NCBI RefSeq assembly: GCF_035572195.1
Contig: NZ_DATNBA010000133.1
Span: 7,021 to 71,020, forward strand
Direction of reading: 5' to 3'
Source: Hyphomicrobium sp.
Lineage (GTDB): Bacteria; Pseudomonadota; Alphaproteobacteria; Rhizobiales; Hyphomicrobiaceae
DNA length: 64,000 nt
Part shown: positions 13,813 to 21,890 of the stretch, one piece after another
How the letters are laid out: every line of letters begins with the position of its first letter
Position numbering within the stretch: the stretch's first letter is position 1
Translations under genes and position numbers: made by a program
The notes under the pieces: model-generated
Databases searched by the model: none
Told to the model about the DNA's origin: nothing
Seen by the model: only the letters and a program-made list of their open reading frames with translations

Positions 13813-14316
13813 ATGGCCGTCTCGATGTATGCTATCGCCGTACCGACGTTTCAGAAGCAACTGACCGCGCTCGACGCGATTCTCGACAAGGCGACGGAAT
13901 ACGCCGCCGCGAAAAAGATCGATATCTCGGTGCTGCTCGCGGCCCGGCTTTACCCGGATATGTTCAATCTCACCCGTCAGGTGCAGTTGGCGACGGACTT
14001 TGCTAAGGCCGCTCCGGCGCGACTTGCCGGAACTCCGGTTCCGAGCTTCCCGGACACCGAGACGACAATGCCCGAGATCAAACAGCGTATCGCCAAGACA
14101 CTCGCACTTCTTGCGGATGTGAAGCCGGAACAGCTGAATGGATCGGAGACGAAACAGCTGACGGTAAATGTCGGAGGCAAGGAGGTGACGCTTACCGGGC
14201 AGGACTATCTGCTGCACGTGTCGTTCCCGAATTTTTATTTCCATTGCGCAACCGCTTACGACATCCTGCGGCACAACGGCCTTGAGATTGGCAAGCGCGA
14301 CTTCGTTCGCGGGTAA
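13813..14316 (+). CDS. DUF1993 family protein (DinB-like fold)
   Basis: LAARLYPDMFNLTRQVQLATD and PNFYFHCATAYDILRHNGLEIGKRDF motifs; start moved to ATG 13813. Confidence 0.88.
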   Translation: MAVSMYAIAVPTFQKQLTALDAILDKATEYAAAKKIDISVLLAARLYPDMFNLTRQVQLATDFAKAAPARLAGTPVPSFPDTETTMPEIKQRIAKTLALLADVKPEQLNGSETKQLTVNVGGKEVTLTGQDYLLHVSFPNFYFHCATAYDILRHNGLEIGKRDFVRG

Positions 14317-14439
14317 AGCAGATAGGCTGGGCGTTCGCGCCTCAGCGGCCGATCTGCAGCTTGACGGACGGGCGGGCATCACGTATTCCGACGCCTGTGA
14401 CAACGGGCGCTCCAAGTGGCGCCCGTCGCTTTCTGGATT

Positions 14440-14516
14440 GCGGGAGTAGCTCAGTTGGTTAGAGCGCCGCCCTGTCACGGCGGAGGCCGCGGGTTCAAGT
14501 CCCGTCTCTCGCGCCA
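14440..14516 (+). tRNA. tRNA-Asp (GTC)
   Basis: GCGGGAG/CTCTCGC acceptor, CCGCC-CTGTCAC-GGCGG anticodon arm, TTCAAGT loop, CCA. Confidence 0.97.
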
Positions 14517-15044
14517 TTTTCCTCAGACAAAGTCAATCTGGCAGGAATTTGCTGCGTTCCCTCGCTTCCGGAAAGACGGCCGGCAGGGCTAGGGAAGCAA
14601 ACGCGCGAACCGCGAAACCCTCACAAGGGTCCGCGACGCCACGCCGGCGGAGAAACAAGGAAAACGGTATACCGCTGCGCTGCGGCCGGCTCTCAGGCGG
14701 TCGTCGCAATGGAGCGTATGCTTGGGAAAGCCGAGGGCGAATTCATCCAGCTGGTGATGCTCGCGAAATCCAATTCCGTGCTCGCAAGGCGGCGCACGAT
14801 CGTCTCGGCCACGATATAGCTCGGAAGCCAGCCCGGCATCGCGAACATCCGTTATCGCGTGGTCGTCTGCTTTCAATTGTTGAGAATATTCCGGCCACCT
14901 TTGGTGCCCGGCCCCACTGGTGAACGAGGTGATCGCCGGTGCGCTGACCTTGTGCGGCGATCGTTGGGCGCCGGTGTCGATGATTCGTTGGGGCATTGTT
15001 TCCCAACGGCGGAGGACAGTTCGTTTCCACTACGTGATGCTTGT

Positions 15045-15069
15045 CGGTCGGCCTCCTAGAGGCCGACCG
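15045..15069 (-). terminator. Hairpin just downstream of gmaS
   Basis: Perfect 11-bp stem CGGTCGGCCTC-CTA-GAGGCCGACCG; no clear U tract. Confidence 0.5.
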
Positions 15070-15078
15070 TACGAGCCA

Positions 15079-16461
15079 TCAGATATCGAGCGTGTTGTCA
15101 CGCTCCCACTGCGTCAGATGCGAACAATACGCGTTCCACTCGGTCCTCTTCATCTTCAGATAGGCGTTGGAAAATTCTTCGCCGAGCATCTCCTTCAGCT
15201 CTGCATCGTTGTCGAAGTTCCGAAGGGCATCGAGCAGATTGAGCGGTAGTTTCGGCGCATCCGTCACCGTATGACCGTGCTGGTACATATCGATATCGAG
15301 CCGCTTGCCGGGGTCGGCCTTTTTATGGATGCCGCTGAGGCCAGCAGCAATGATCACGGCTTGCAGAAGGTATGGATTCGCCGCGCCGTCAGGCAGCCGA
15401 AGTTCAAAGCGACCCTTGCCCGGCACGCGTACCATGTGCGTGCGATTGTTGCCCGTCCAGGTGACGGAGTTTGGCGCCCACGTCGCGCCCGAGATTGTGC
15501 GCGGCGCATTGATCCGCTTGTAGGAGTTGACGGTGGGGTTGGTGATGGCCGAGAGCGACTCGGCGTGCCTCATGATGCCGCCGAGGAAATGGTAGCCCTG
15601 CTGCGACAGGCCCATCTCATCGCTGGGATCGTAGAACATATTTGTCTTGCCGGTCTTGTCCCAGACCGAGATGTGCGCGTGGCAACCGTTGCCGGTTAGC
15701 CCCATGAACGGCTTGGGCATAAACGTCGCGCGCAAGCCGTGCTTCTCAGCAATTGCCTTCGCCATGAATTTGAAAAACGCATGACGATCTGCGGTGATGA
15801 GGCTGTCGTCGAAGTTCCAGTTCATCTCCCACTGGCCGTTGGCGTCCTCGTGGTCGTTCTGGTAGGGGCCCCATCCGAGCTCCAGCATGCAGTCGCAAAT
15901 TTCGGAGATGACGTCGAAGCGGCGCATCAGTGCCTGCTGATCGTAGCAGGACTTCGTTGCGGTATCCGCGTCGTCCGAGATCATGGTTCCGCATGGTTTC
16001 GTCAGGAAGAATTCGCACTCCACGCCGGTCTTGATATAGAGACCTTCTTTGGCCGCATCGGCCATGAGCTTCTTGAGTACGACGCGCGGCGCCTGGTCGA
16101 CGTACTTATCTTCCATCATGCAGTCGGCCGCGACCCAGGCGACTTCTTTTCTCCACGGAAGCTGGATGAAGGACGAAGGATCCGGCATGCCGAATAGATC
16201 CGGATGGGCTGGTGTCAGGTCGAGCCACGTCGCAAAACCTGCGAAACCAGCGCCATCCTTCTGCATATCGGCGATGGCCACAGCCGGAACGAGCTTTGCA
16301 CGCTGACTGCCGAAGAGGTCCGTGTAGGAAATCATAAAATACTTGATGCCGCGCTCTTTCGCCAGCGTAGCGAGATCCTGAGACATGGGCGTCTCCCCGG
16401 GGGTTTTGAGATTTTTCGCTTTTTCGGCTTCCTTAAAGATCGTTGCGAGGTCCTGAGTCAT
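15079..16461 (-). CDS. gmaS: Gamma-glutamylmethylamide synthetase (GlnT / type III GS-like); two possible starts, 16461 and 16386
   Basis: GS motifs (TGVECEFF, DHEDANGQWE, TFMPKPF, GNGCHAHIS, NRTHMVR, RFELR); directly downstream of mgsABC. Confidence 0.88.
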   Translation of the reverse strand: MTQDLATIFKEAEKAKNLKTPGETPMSQDLATLAKERGIKYFMISYTDLFGSQRAKLVPAVAIADMQKDGAGFAGFATWLDLTPAHPDLFGMPDPSSFIQLPWRKEVAWVAADCMMEDKYVDQAPRVVLKKLMADAAKEGLYIKTGVECEFFLTKPCGTMISDDADTATKSCYDQQALMRRFDVISEICDCMLELGWGPYQNDHEDANGQWEMNWNFDDSLITADRHAFFKFMAKAIAEKHGLRATFMPKPFMGLTGNGCHAHISVWDKTGKTNMFYDPSDEMGLSQQGYHFLGGIMRHAESLSAITNPTVNSYKRINAPRTISGATWAPNSVTWTGNNRTHMVRVPGKGRFELRLPDGAANPYLLQAVIIAAGLSGIHKKADPGKRLDIDMYQHGHTVTDAPKLPLNLLDALRNFDNDAELKEMLGEEFSNAYLKMKRTEWNAYCSHLTQWERDNTLDI

Positions 16462-16520
16462 GAGCATTTCCCTAGTTTTTTTGGAGAATTCTTGACTTCT
16501 TATTCAAAAAAAATCGGCGA

Positions 16521-17849
16521 TTAAAAACCGCCGTTTCCTGGAATCCATGTTGTTCCTGCCAACGGCACCCGTGCCATTGCCGCCGCTTCAAGTGTCAGGG
16601 CGACAAGATCTTCCGGCTCGAGATTGTGGACACTGTTATGTCCACACGCTCTTGCGATCGTCTGAACCTCGAGGTTCATGACTTTCAGGTAGTTTGCAAG
16701 GCGCCGACCGCCCTTGACCGCATCGAAGCGTGACATCAGTTCGGGATCCTGCGTCGTGATGCCTGCCGGATCTTTGCCCTCATGCCAGTCGTCGTAAGCG
16801 CCGGCCGTGGTGCCAAGTGCCTGGTACTCTTCCTCGTTGGCGGGATCGTTGTCGCCAAGTGCAACCAGAGCCGCGATGCCGATTGAAACTGCATCGGCGC
16901 CGAGTGCCAGTGCTTTTGCAACGTCTGCACCATTGCGGATGCCGCCCGATACAATGAGCTGCACCTTGCGATGCATGCCGAGATCCTGCAGCGCCTGCAC
17001 AGCAGGTCTGATGCACGCCAGCGTCGGCAGACCGACGTTCTCGATGAACACTTCCTGCGTTGCGGCGGTGCCGCCCTGCATGCCATCGAGCACGACAACG
17101 TCCGCGCCAGCCTTAACCGCCAGTGCAGTGTCATAGTACGGGCGCGTGCCGCCGATTTTCAGGTAGATGGGCTTTTCCCAGTCGGTGATCTCGCGAAGCT
17201 CCTGGATCTTGATCTCGAGATCGTCAGGCCCCGTCCAGTCCGGATGCCGGCAAGCGGACCGCTGGTCGATGCCCTTGGGAAGATTACGCATCGCGGCGAC
17301 GCGATCGGATATCTTCTGACCCAACAGCATACCGCCGCCGCCGGGCTTGGCGCCTTGACCGACGACGACTTCAATGGCGTCGGCTTTGCGCAGATCGTCA
17401 GGATTCATCCCGTAACGCGACGGCAGATATTGGTAGACGAGTGTCTTCGATTGCCCGCGCTCTTCAGGCGTCATGCCGCCGTCGCCGGTCGTCGTCGACG
17501 TTCCGGCGATCGAAGCGCCGCGGCCAAGTGCTTCCTTGGCATGGGCCGACAGAGCGCCGAAACTCATGCCCGCGATGGTGATCGGAATTTTGAGTTCGAT
17601 GGGCTTCTTGGCGAACCGCGTTCCCAAGACGACATTGCTGGTGCACTTCTCGCGATACCCTTCCAGCGGATACCGCGATATCGACGCGCCAAGGAAAAGC
17701 AAATCGTCGAAGTGGGGCACCCGGCGCTTGGCGCCGGCGCCGCGGATGTCGTAGATGCCTGTCTGCGCGGCGCGCCGGATCTCCGACAGCGTGTAATCGT
17801 CAAACGTCGCAGACTTACGAGGCGTCGTCGGGGGGTTATGATATGACAT
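16521..17849 (-). CDS. mgsC: N-methylglutamate synthase FMN-binding subunit (GlxD-like)
   Basis: IAGMSFGALS, TTGDGGM, GQGAKPGGGG, DGMQGGT glutamate-synthase FMN domain motifs. Confidence 0.9.
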   Translation of the reverse strand: MSYHNPPTTPRKSATFDDYTLSEIRRAAQTGIYDIRGAGAKRRVPHFDDLLFLGASISRYPLEGYREKCTSNVVLGTRFAKKPIELKIPITIAGMSFGALSAHAKEALGRGASIAGTSTTTGDGGMTPEERGQSKTLVYQYLPSRYGMNPDDLRKADAIEVVVGQGAKPGGGGMLLGQKISDRVAAMRNLPKGIDQRSACRHPDWTGPDDLEIKIQELREITDWEKPIYLKIGGTRPYYDTALAVKAGADVVVLDGMQGGTAATQEVFIENVGLPTLACIRPAVQALQDLGMHRKVQLIVSGGIRNGADVAKALALGADAVSIGIAALVALGDNDPANEEEYQALGTTAGAYDDWHEGKDPAGITTQDPELMSRFDAVKGGRRLANYLKVMNLEVQTIARACGHNSVHNLEPEDLVALTLEAAAMARVPLAGTTWIPGNGGF

Positions 17850-18535
17850 CAGTAAGCATCCGCGTTGTCGATGTTGAAGTTGTAGAGTTTGCGCGCTGAG
17901 CCGTAGCGCTTGAACTCGCTCGATTTGACGTCGGTAATTCCGGCCCGCTTCAGCAGCTTCTTGATGGCGTCATGATGCTCGGGGCGCATTTCCTTCTCGA
18001 TGCAATCGGCGCCGAGGCTTTTCACCTTTCCGCGCACGAACAACTTGGCTTCGTAGATGGAATCGCCGAGCGCATCGCCCGCGTCGCCGAGAACCACAAG
18101 GTGGCCGCTCTGCGCCATGAACGCCGACAAGTGGCCGATGTTGCCCTTGACGACGATGTCGATGCCCTTCATCGAAACACCGCAGCGCGACGCGGCGTTG
18201 CCTTCGATCAAAAGCATTCCGCCATGTCCCGTCGCGCCGGCGTATTGGCTGGCGTCTCCGGTTATCCGAACATTGCCCGACATCATATTTTCGGCGACGC
18301 CAGGTCCGGCCGATCCGTGCACGGTTATCGAGGCCTGCTTATTCATTCCTCCGCAGTAGTAGCCGACGCTACCCCGGATATTGATGTTGATCGGCGCGTC
18401 GACACCGGCAGCGACGGCGTGGAAGCCCATCGAATTGACGATCTCCCAGTCCGGCTCGTTCGTGCCCGCCGACTGGCGGTGTAGGTCTTGATTCAAATCG
18501 CGAAGGGGCGTCTTCGCTAGATCAATCTTGCGCAT
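17849..18535 (-). CDS. mgsB: N-methylglutamate synthase GXGXG subunit (GlxC-like)
   Basis: Repeated GxxG beta-helix motifs, ENMMSG; 1-nt overlap with mgsC. Confidence 0.9.
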   Translation of the reverse strand: MRKIDLAKTPLRDLNQDLHRQSAGTNEPDWEIVNSMGFHAVAAGVDAPININIRGSVGYYCGGMNKQASITVHGSAGPGVAENMMSGNVRITGDASQYAGATGHGGMLLIEGNAASRCGVSMKGIDIVVKGNIGHLSAFMAQSGHLVVLGDAGDALGDSIYEAKLFVRGKVKSLGADCIEKEMRPEHHDAIKKLLKRAGITDVKSSEFKRYGSARKLYNFNIDNADAY

Positions 18536-18557
18536 GGAGCGGTTTCCTAGATTTGTT

Positions 18558-19454
18558 TCAGCGTTCCCAGAAGTAGACGGTTGAAGGCTCCGGTTCCCAA
18601 ACCTTGGCCTTGTCGATGTCAGGCAAATTCACCAGCGCGCGAAATTCCGAGCCGAATGCAACGTACTGATCGGTTTCCGCCATGACTGCCGGCTTGCAGG
18701 CGATCGGATCGCGCAGAACGCCGAAGCCGTTCTTTGTACCAACGACGAATGTGAAGAAGCCGTCGAGATCGTCGAGGCTTTTGGTCAGAGCTTCGCCGAG
18801 GTTCATTCCCTGCTTCATGCGCGATGTGAGATAGGCTGCGGCAACCTCGGTGTCGTTTTGGGTCTCGAAGGTCATCCCTTCGCGACGAAGTTCACGGCGC
18901 AAATTGTTGTGGTTGGAAAGCGAGCCGTTGTGCACGAGGCACTGGTCGTATCCGGTCGAGAACGGATGCGAGCCGAGCGTCGTCACCGCCGACTCCGTCG
19001 CCATACGCGTATGGCCGATGGCGTGCGTACCCTTCATACCCGAAAGATCGAAGCGCTTCGCCACATCGGTCGGAAGACCGACTTCCTTGTAGATCTCGAT
19101 CGAAGCACCGGTAGCCATCACGCTCACCGAGGGGCGCAGCGCCCGGATTGCAGCCACGGCCTCGTCAGCTTTCTGCTCGGGAACCGTCAGCACGGCGTGC
19201 GTCGACTTCACCGACAAGCTGACGTTGCCGCCGATCGCTTTGGAGATCGAAGCTTCGATGTCCTTGAAGTCTGCGTCGGGATTGGGCGACTGCAATGTGA
19301 TTTTCACTTTGCCGTCGGTGGGGGTTCCATAGACCGCGAACCCAGCCGAGTCCGGCCCCCGATCACACATCGTCGTCAGCATTTGATTGGTGAGAGCGCC
19401 GAGCCGCGGTTCTAACGCTTTGTCTTTTAAGAAAAGACCGACAATTCCACACAT
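18558..19454 (-). CDS. mgsA: N-methylglutamate synthase class II amidotransferase subunit (GlxB-like)
   Basis: MCGIVG Ntn-hydrolase start, DRGPDSAG, GHTRMAT, HNG, DTEV. Confidence 0.9.
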   Translation of the reverse strand: MCGIVGLFLKDKALEPRLGALTNQMLTTMCDRGPDSAGFAVYGTPTDGKVKITLQSPNPDADFKDIEASISKAIGGNVSLSVKSTHAVLTVPEQKADEAVAAIRALRPSVSVMATGASIEIYKEVGLPTDVAKRFDLSGMKGTHAIGHTRMATESAVTTLGSHPFSTGYDQCLVHNGSLSNHNNLRRELRREGMTFETQNDTEVAAAYLTSRMKQGMNLGEALTKSLDDLDGFFTFVVGTKNGFGVLRDPIACKPAVMAETDQYVAFGSEFRALVNLPDIDKAKVWEPEPSTVYFWER

Positions 19455-19489
19455 TTTGGCCTGCCCATCTGTTGCTTCCAGTTGCAGAC

Positions 19490-19518
19490 AAACTATCGCA
19501 GGCGAAATTCACTGTCAA
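19490..19518 (-). promoter_or_regulatory. Sigma70 promoter of mgsABC-gmaS
   Basis: Minus strand TTGACA (19518-19513)-N17-TAGTTT (19495-19490), 35 nt before the mgsA ATG. Confidence 0.7.
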
Positions 19519-19811
19519 TCATTGAGAAACAAATTTTCTTCCTGCTCAACAAAATTTTGCGCCGCAATAAGCCGTCTCGGATACGATTGCGAACGTGACG
19601 GAATGAAGACAATCGGTTCTTGCTCACGCGAGCAAGATTGCTGGGATGGCCGTCGGTGCGCGCCTAAATTCCGGACGAAGAGCGTAACCGGTCGATCGCA
19701 GAACACTGCGTAAATCAGAATTGGCACCGACTGGCGCGTCGTCGCAAAGCGCCCGGCGTTCAGCGGAACGGCGGGCGCTGTCGAAGTCGACGTCCTCGTA
19801 TCTGCAATCCG

Positions 19812-20459
19812 CTACCTTCTTTGATAAACAATAATAGAGAGGTACGTCGCCGGAAGTTTGGTCAGCGTTTCAGGGCCGTGAAATTCGGCAGAGTCGAACA
19901 GCATGCAGTCACCCGGCTCCATGCGATAACTGTTCTCTCCGTGAAGATAGTTGACTTCGCCGGTAAGCATATAAATGAGTTCGAGACCTTCATGCCGAAA
20001 CTGCGTGTAGGGCACGGCATCCTTGCTCAGGGTGATCAGGTAAGGCTCGAAGGCGATCGTTCCGCTGACAGACTGACCTAACTGTTGGTACTCATGCCCA
20101 ACCTTCGTGCCCCTCCGTTTGATGATGGGCCCCTTGCCCTTCTTTACAAACGAGCATCCCCGACGGCCTTCGAAAGACGCGAGAAGCATTGTCAGCGGCA
20201 AATTCAGAGCTGCAGCCAGTTGATGCAAAACGGAAAGCGACGCCGAAATTTGCCCGTTCTCAATTTTTGACACCATCGCGGTTGAAATTTCGGCGGCTGC
20301 GCCGAGCTCGGAAACCGTCAGTCCGGCAGCCTTTCTGAAATCGCGCACCTGGGCGCCAATGGCATCCTCGAGGGTGCGCGCACCGGCCTCCGGAGCCCCC
20401 GATCCGGTTGCCAGAGATTTTTGCGACGGTTGAGTTTGAGGTTTAGCCTTCTGAACCAT
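19812..20459 (-). CDS. XRE-family HTH plus cupin transcriptional regulator
   Basis: IGAQVRDFRKAAGLTVSELG...SKIENGQISASL HTH; C-terminal cupin (HEGLELIYMLTG...GDCMLFDS...HG); start moved to ATG 20459. Confidence 0.9.
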   Translation of the reverse strand: MVQKAKPQTQPSQKSLATGSGAPEAGARTLEDAIGAQVRDFRKAAGLTVSELGAAAEISTAMVSKIENGQISASLSVLHQLAAALNLPLTMLLASFEGRRGCSFVKKGKGPIIKRRGTKVGHEYQQLGQSVSGTIAFEPYLITLSKDAVPYTQFRHEGLELIYMLTGEVNYLHGENSYRMEPGDCMLFDSAEFHGPETLTKLPATYLSIIVYQRR

Positions 20460-20830
20460 TCGTCGCCCATCCCGATTTTTGATTGCAACCAACGCCTTGC
20501 CCCACGCTAACGGCACCTCCCGCTTACCGCATTCGCTCAACAGCCTGAATGCAAAACTTTCAAGGCTGGGGGGCGGGGCATGAGACGTCCTTGGATAAAA
20601 AATATTTCTTGACAATGGCAGTCATCAACAGCCGGTTTGCCAACGGGCCGGCACTCCAAGTCGCCGGCGGCAAGCGGCTGCGCAAGTGACTATAACACAT
20701 TGTTTATCGAGCTAAAGGTGCTTGATCAAATCGCCTTTCTTCCGCTCGCTTCTCATTCGATGGAGGATCGTCGGACACGTCAAAAACCCGGCTACTCAGC
20801 CGCAACATTTTTTCTTTAGAAGCAAATTTG

Positions 20831-20858
20831 TTGACTCTGACAAAATGTCGCGTATTTT
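20831..20858 (+). promoter_or_regulatory. Candidate sigma70 promoter of the small-membrane-protein/permease operon
   Basis: TTGACT-N16-TATTTT. Confidence 0.5.
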
Positions 20859-21000
20859 CTGCGACGGTCGCGAACCTCAGTCAAGTCACTGAGCGAAGGG
20901 CTCGTATCCAATCTGATGGTGTCTGACCGCAGATGGAACAATGACCCGCCAGAAGGTCATTTCGGAACGGGGTAAAAAAACGAGGAGACGGAGGATGGCA

Positions 21001-21297
21001 ATGCAGCAACGTCAGATTGATCCAAGAATAGCAGGCTTGTTTTCGGGCGACAGATTTTGGTCGTTGGCCGCACTCGGGCTGCTGTGGCTCCTATACGCAT
21101 TCGTGTTTTATGAAGTCTATCCGTACACGTCGACCCCCGAGGTCACTTGGGCGCTGGCGATTGGCGGCGGACTGGTTCTTCTCTTCAATACGGCCTCCAT
21201 TTTCGCCATGGTCGCGCATTTGAGTGAGGACCGGCATGAGATCTACGGCCTCGATTTGCACTATCTCGATCTTGCACAGAAGCAATCCAGCAAATAG
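21001..21297 (+). CDS. Small two-TM membrane protein, unknown function
   Basis: GGAGG RBS before ATG 21001; two hydrophobic helices; acidic/aromatic tail EDRHEIYGLDLHYLD. Confidence 0.8.
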   Translation: MQQRQIDPRIAGLFSGDRFWSLAALGLLWLLYAFVFYEVYPYTSTPEVTWALAIGGGLVLLFNTASIFAMVAHLSEDRHEIYGLDLHYLDLAQKQSSK

Positions 21298-21308
21298 CGG
21301 AGCGTCCC

Positions 21309-21695
21309 ATGGCAGATTCACACTATGAGCCGCCGACGCAATCCGCGATCGGCCAATTCTTCGATAGTCTCTTCCTTTTGGCTTTGGTTCTAATTGCCCT
21401 CTTTGCGCCGCTCTACTTGGGTTTGGCCGGCGGCGGTAAGACGGAACTCGCCGTTGCAGACAAGACGACCTGGATAGGCCTGGGTCAGAATGCTGTGCAA
21501 CAGGGTCAGTGGGAAAAGCTCGGGTTCACTCCCGAGACCGCCGCAAGCATGATCACATCGCGGTTTGATTACAGCTTCAGCGTCATTGAACTCGTCATCA
21601 CAGCGCTCGTCGTTGTCGGCTACTTCGTACTCCTCTTTCGATTTTCGAAAACTGAGTACGCCGACGTCATATCTGAACGCTTCGGCAAGAAGTGA
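21309..21695 (+). CDS. Small two-TM membrane protein with central soluble loop
   Basis: GGAG RBS; two hydrophobic helices flanking a ~50-aa loop; 11-nt gap from previous gene. Confidence 0.8.
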   Translation: MADSHYEPPTQSAIGQFFDSLFLLALVLIALFAPLYLGLAGGGKTELAVADKTTWIGLGQNAVQQGQWEKLGFTPETAASMITSRFDYSFSVIELVITALVVVGYFVLLFRFSKTEYADVISERFGKK

Positions 21696-21704
21696 GGCAC
21701 GGGA

Positions 21705-21890
21705 ATGAACAATTTTCAAATGCTCGAATACGCCGCGTGGGGCATATCTGTGCTTCTCGGCCTCTACATGCTGATCGATTTGATCAAGACAAATCGTGCT
21801 TATTCGGAAGACGTTCTCACGTCTTCGAAAGAAGGTGAGATCGAGGAGGCGCTCGTCATCGATCCAGACCACCAGGGGGGACATCGATGA
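21705..21890 (+). CDS. 61-aa single-TM protein with acidic tail
   Basis: One hydrophobic helix; stop overlaps the permease start (ATGA). Confidence 0.78.
   Translation: MNNFQMLEYAAWGISVLLGLYMLIDLIKTNRAYSEDVLTSSKEGEIEEALVIDPDHQGGHR

Noticed and set aside
14517-15044. About 530 nt after tRNA-Asp with several overlapping ORFs (14549-14923, 14589-14996, a 36-aa ORF from 14709)
   Set aside because: No ORF has a recognisable motif or convincing RBS, and I saw no integrase remnant. Left unannotated; a tBLASTx search would settle it.
15079-16467. Calling the gene a housekeeping glutamine synthetase glnA
   Set aside because: GlnT-type sequence and position after mgsABC indicate GmaS.
19721-19737. 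TGGCAC as a possible sigma54 -24 element
   Set aside because: No TTGC at the required spacing, and no gene start lies directly downstream on that strand.
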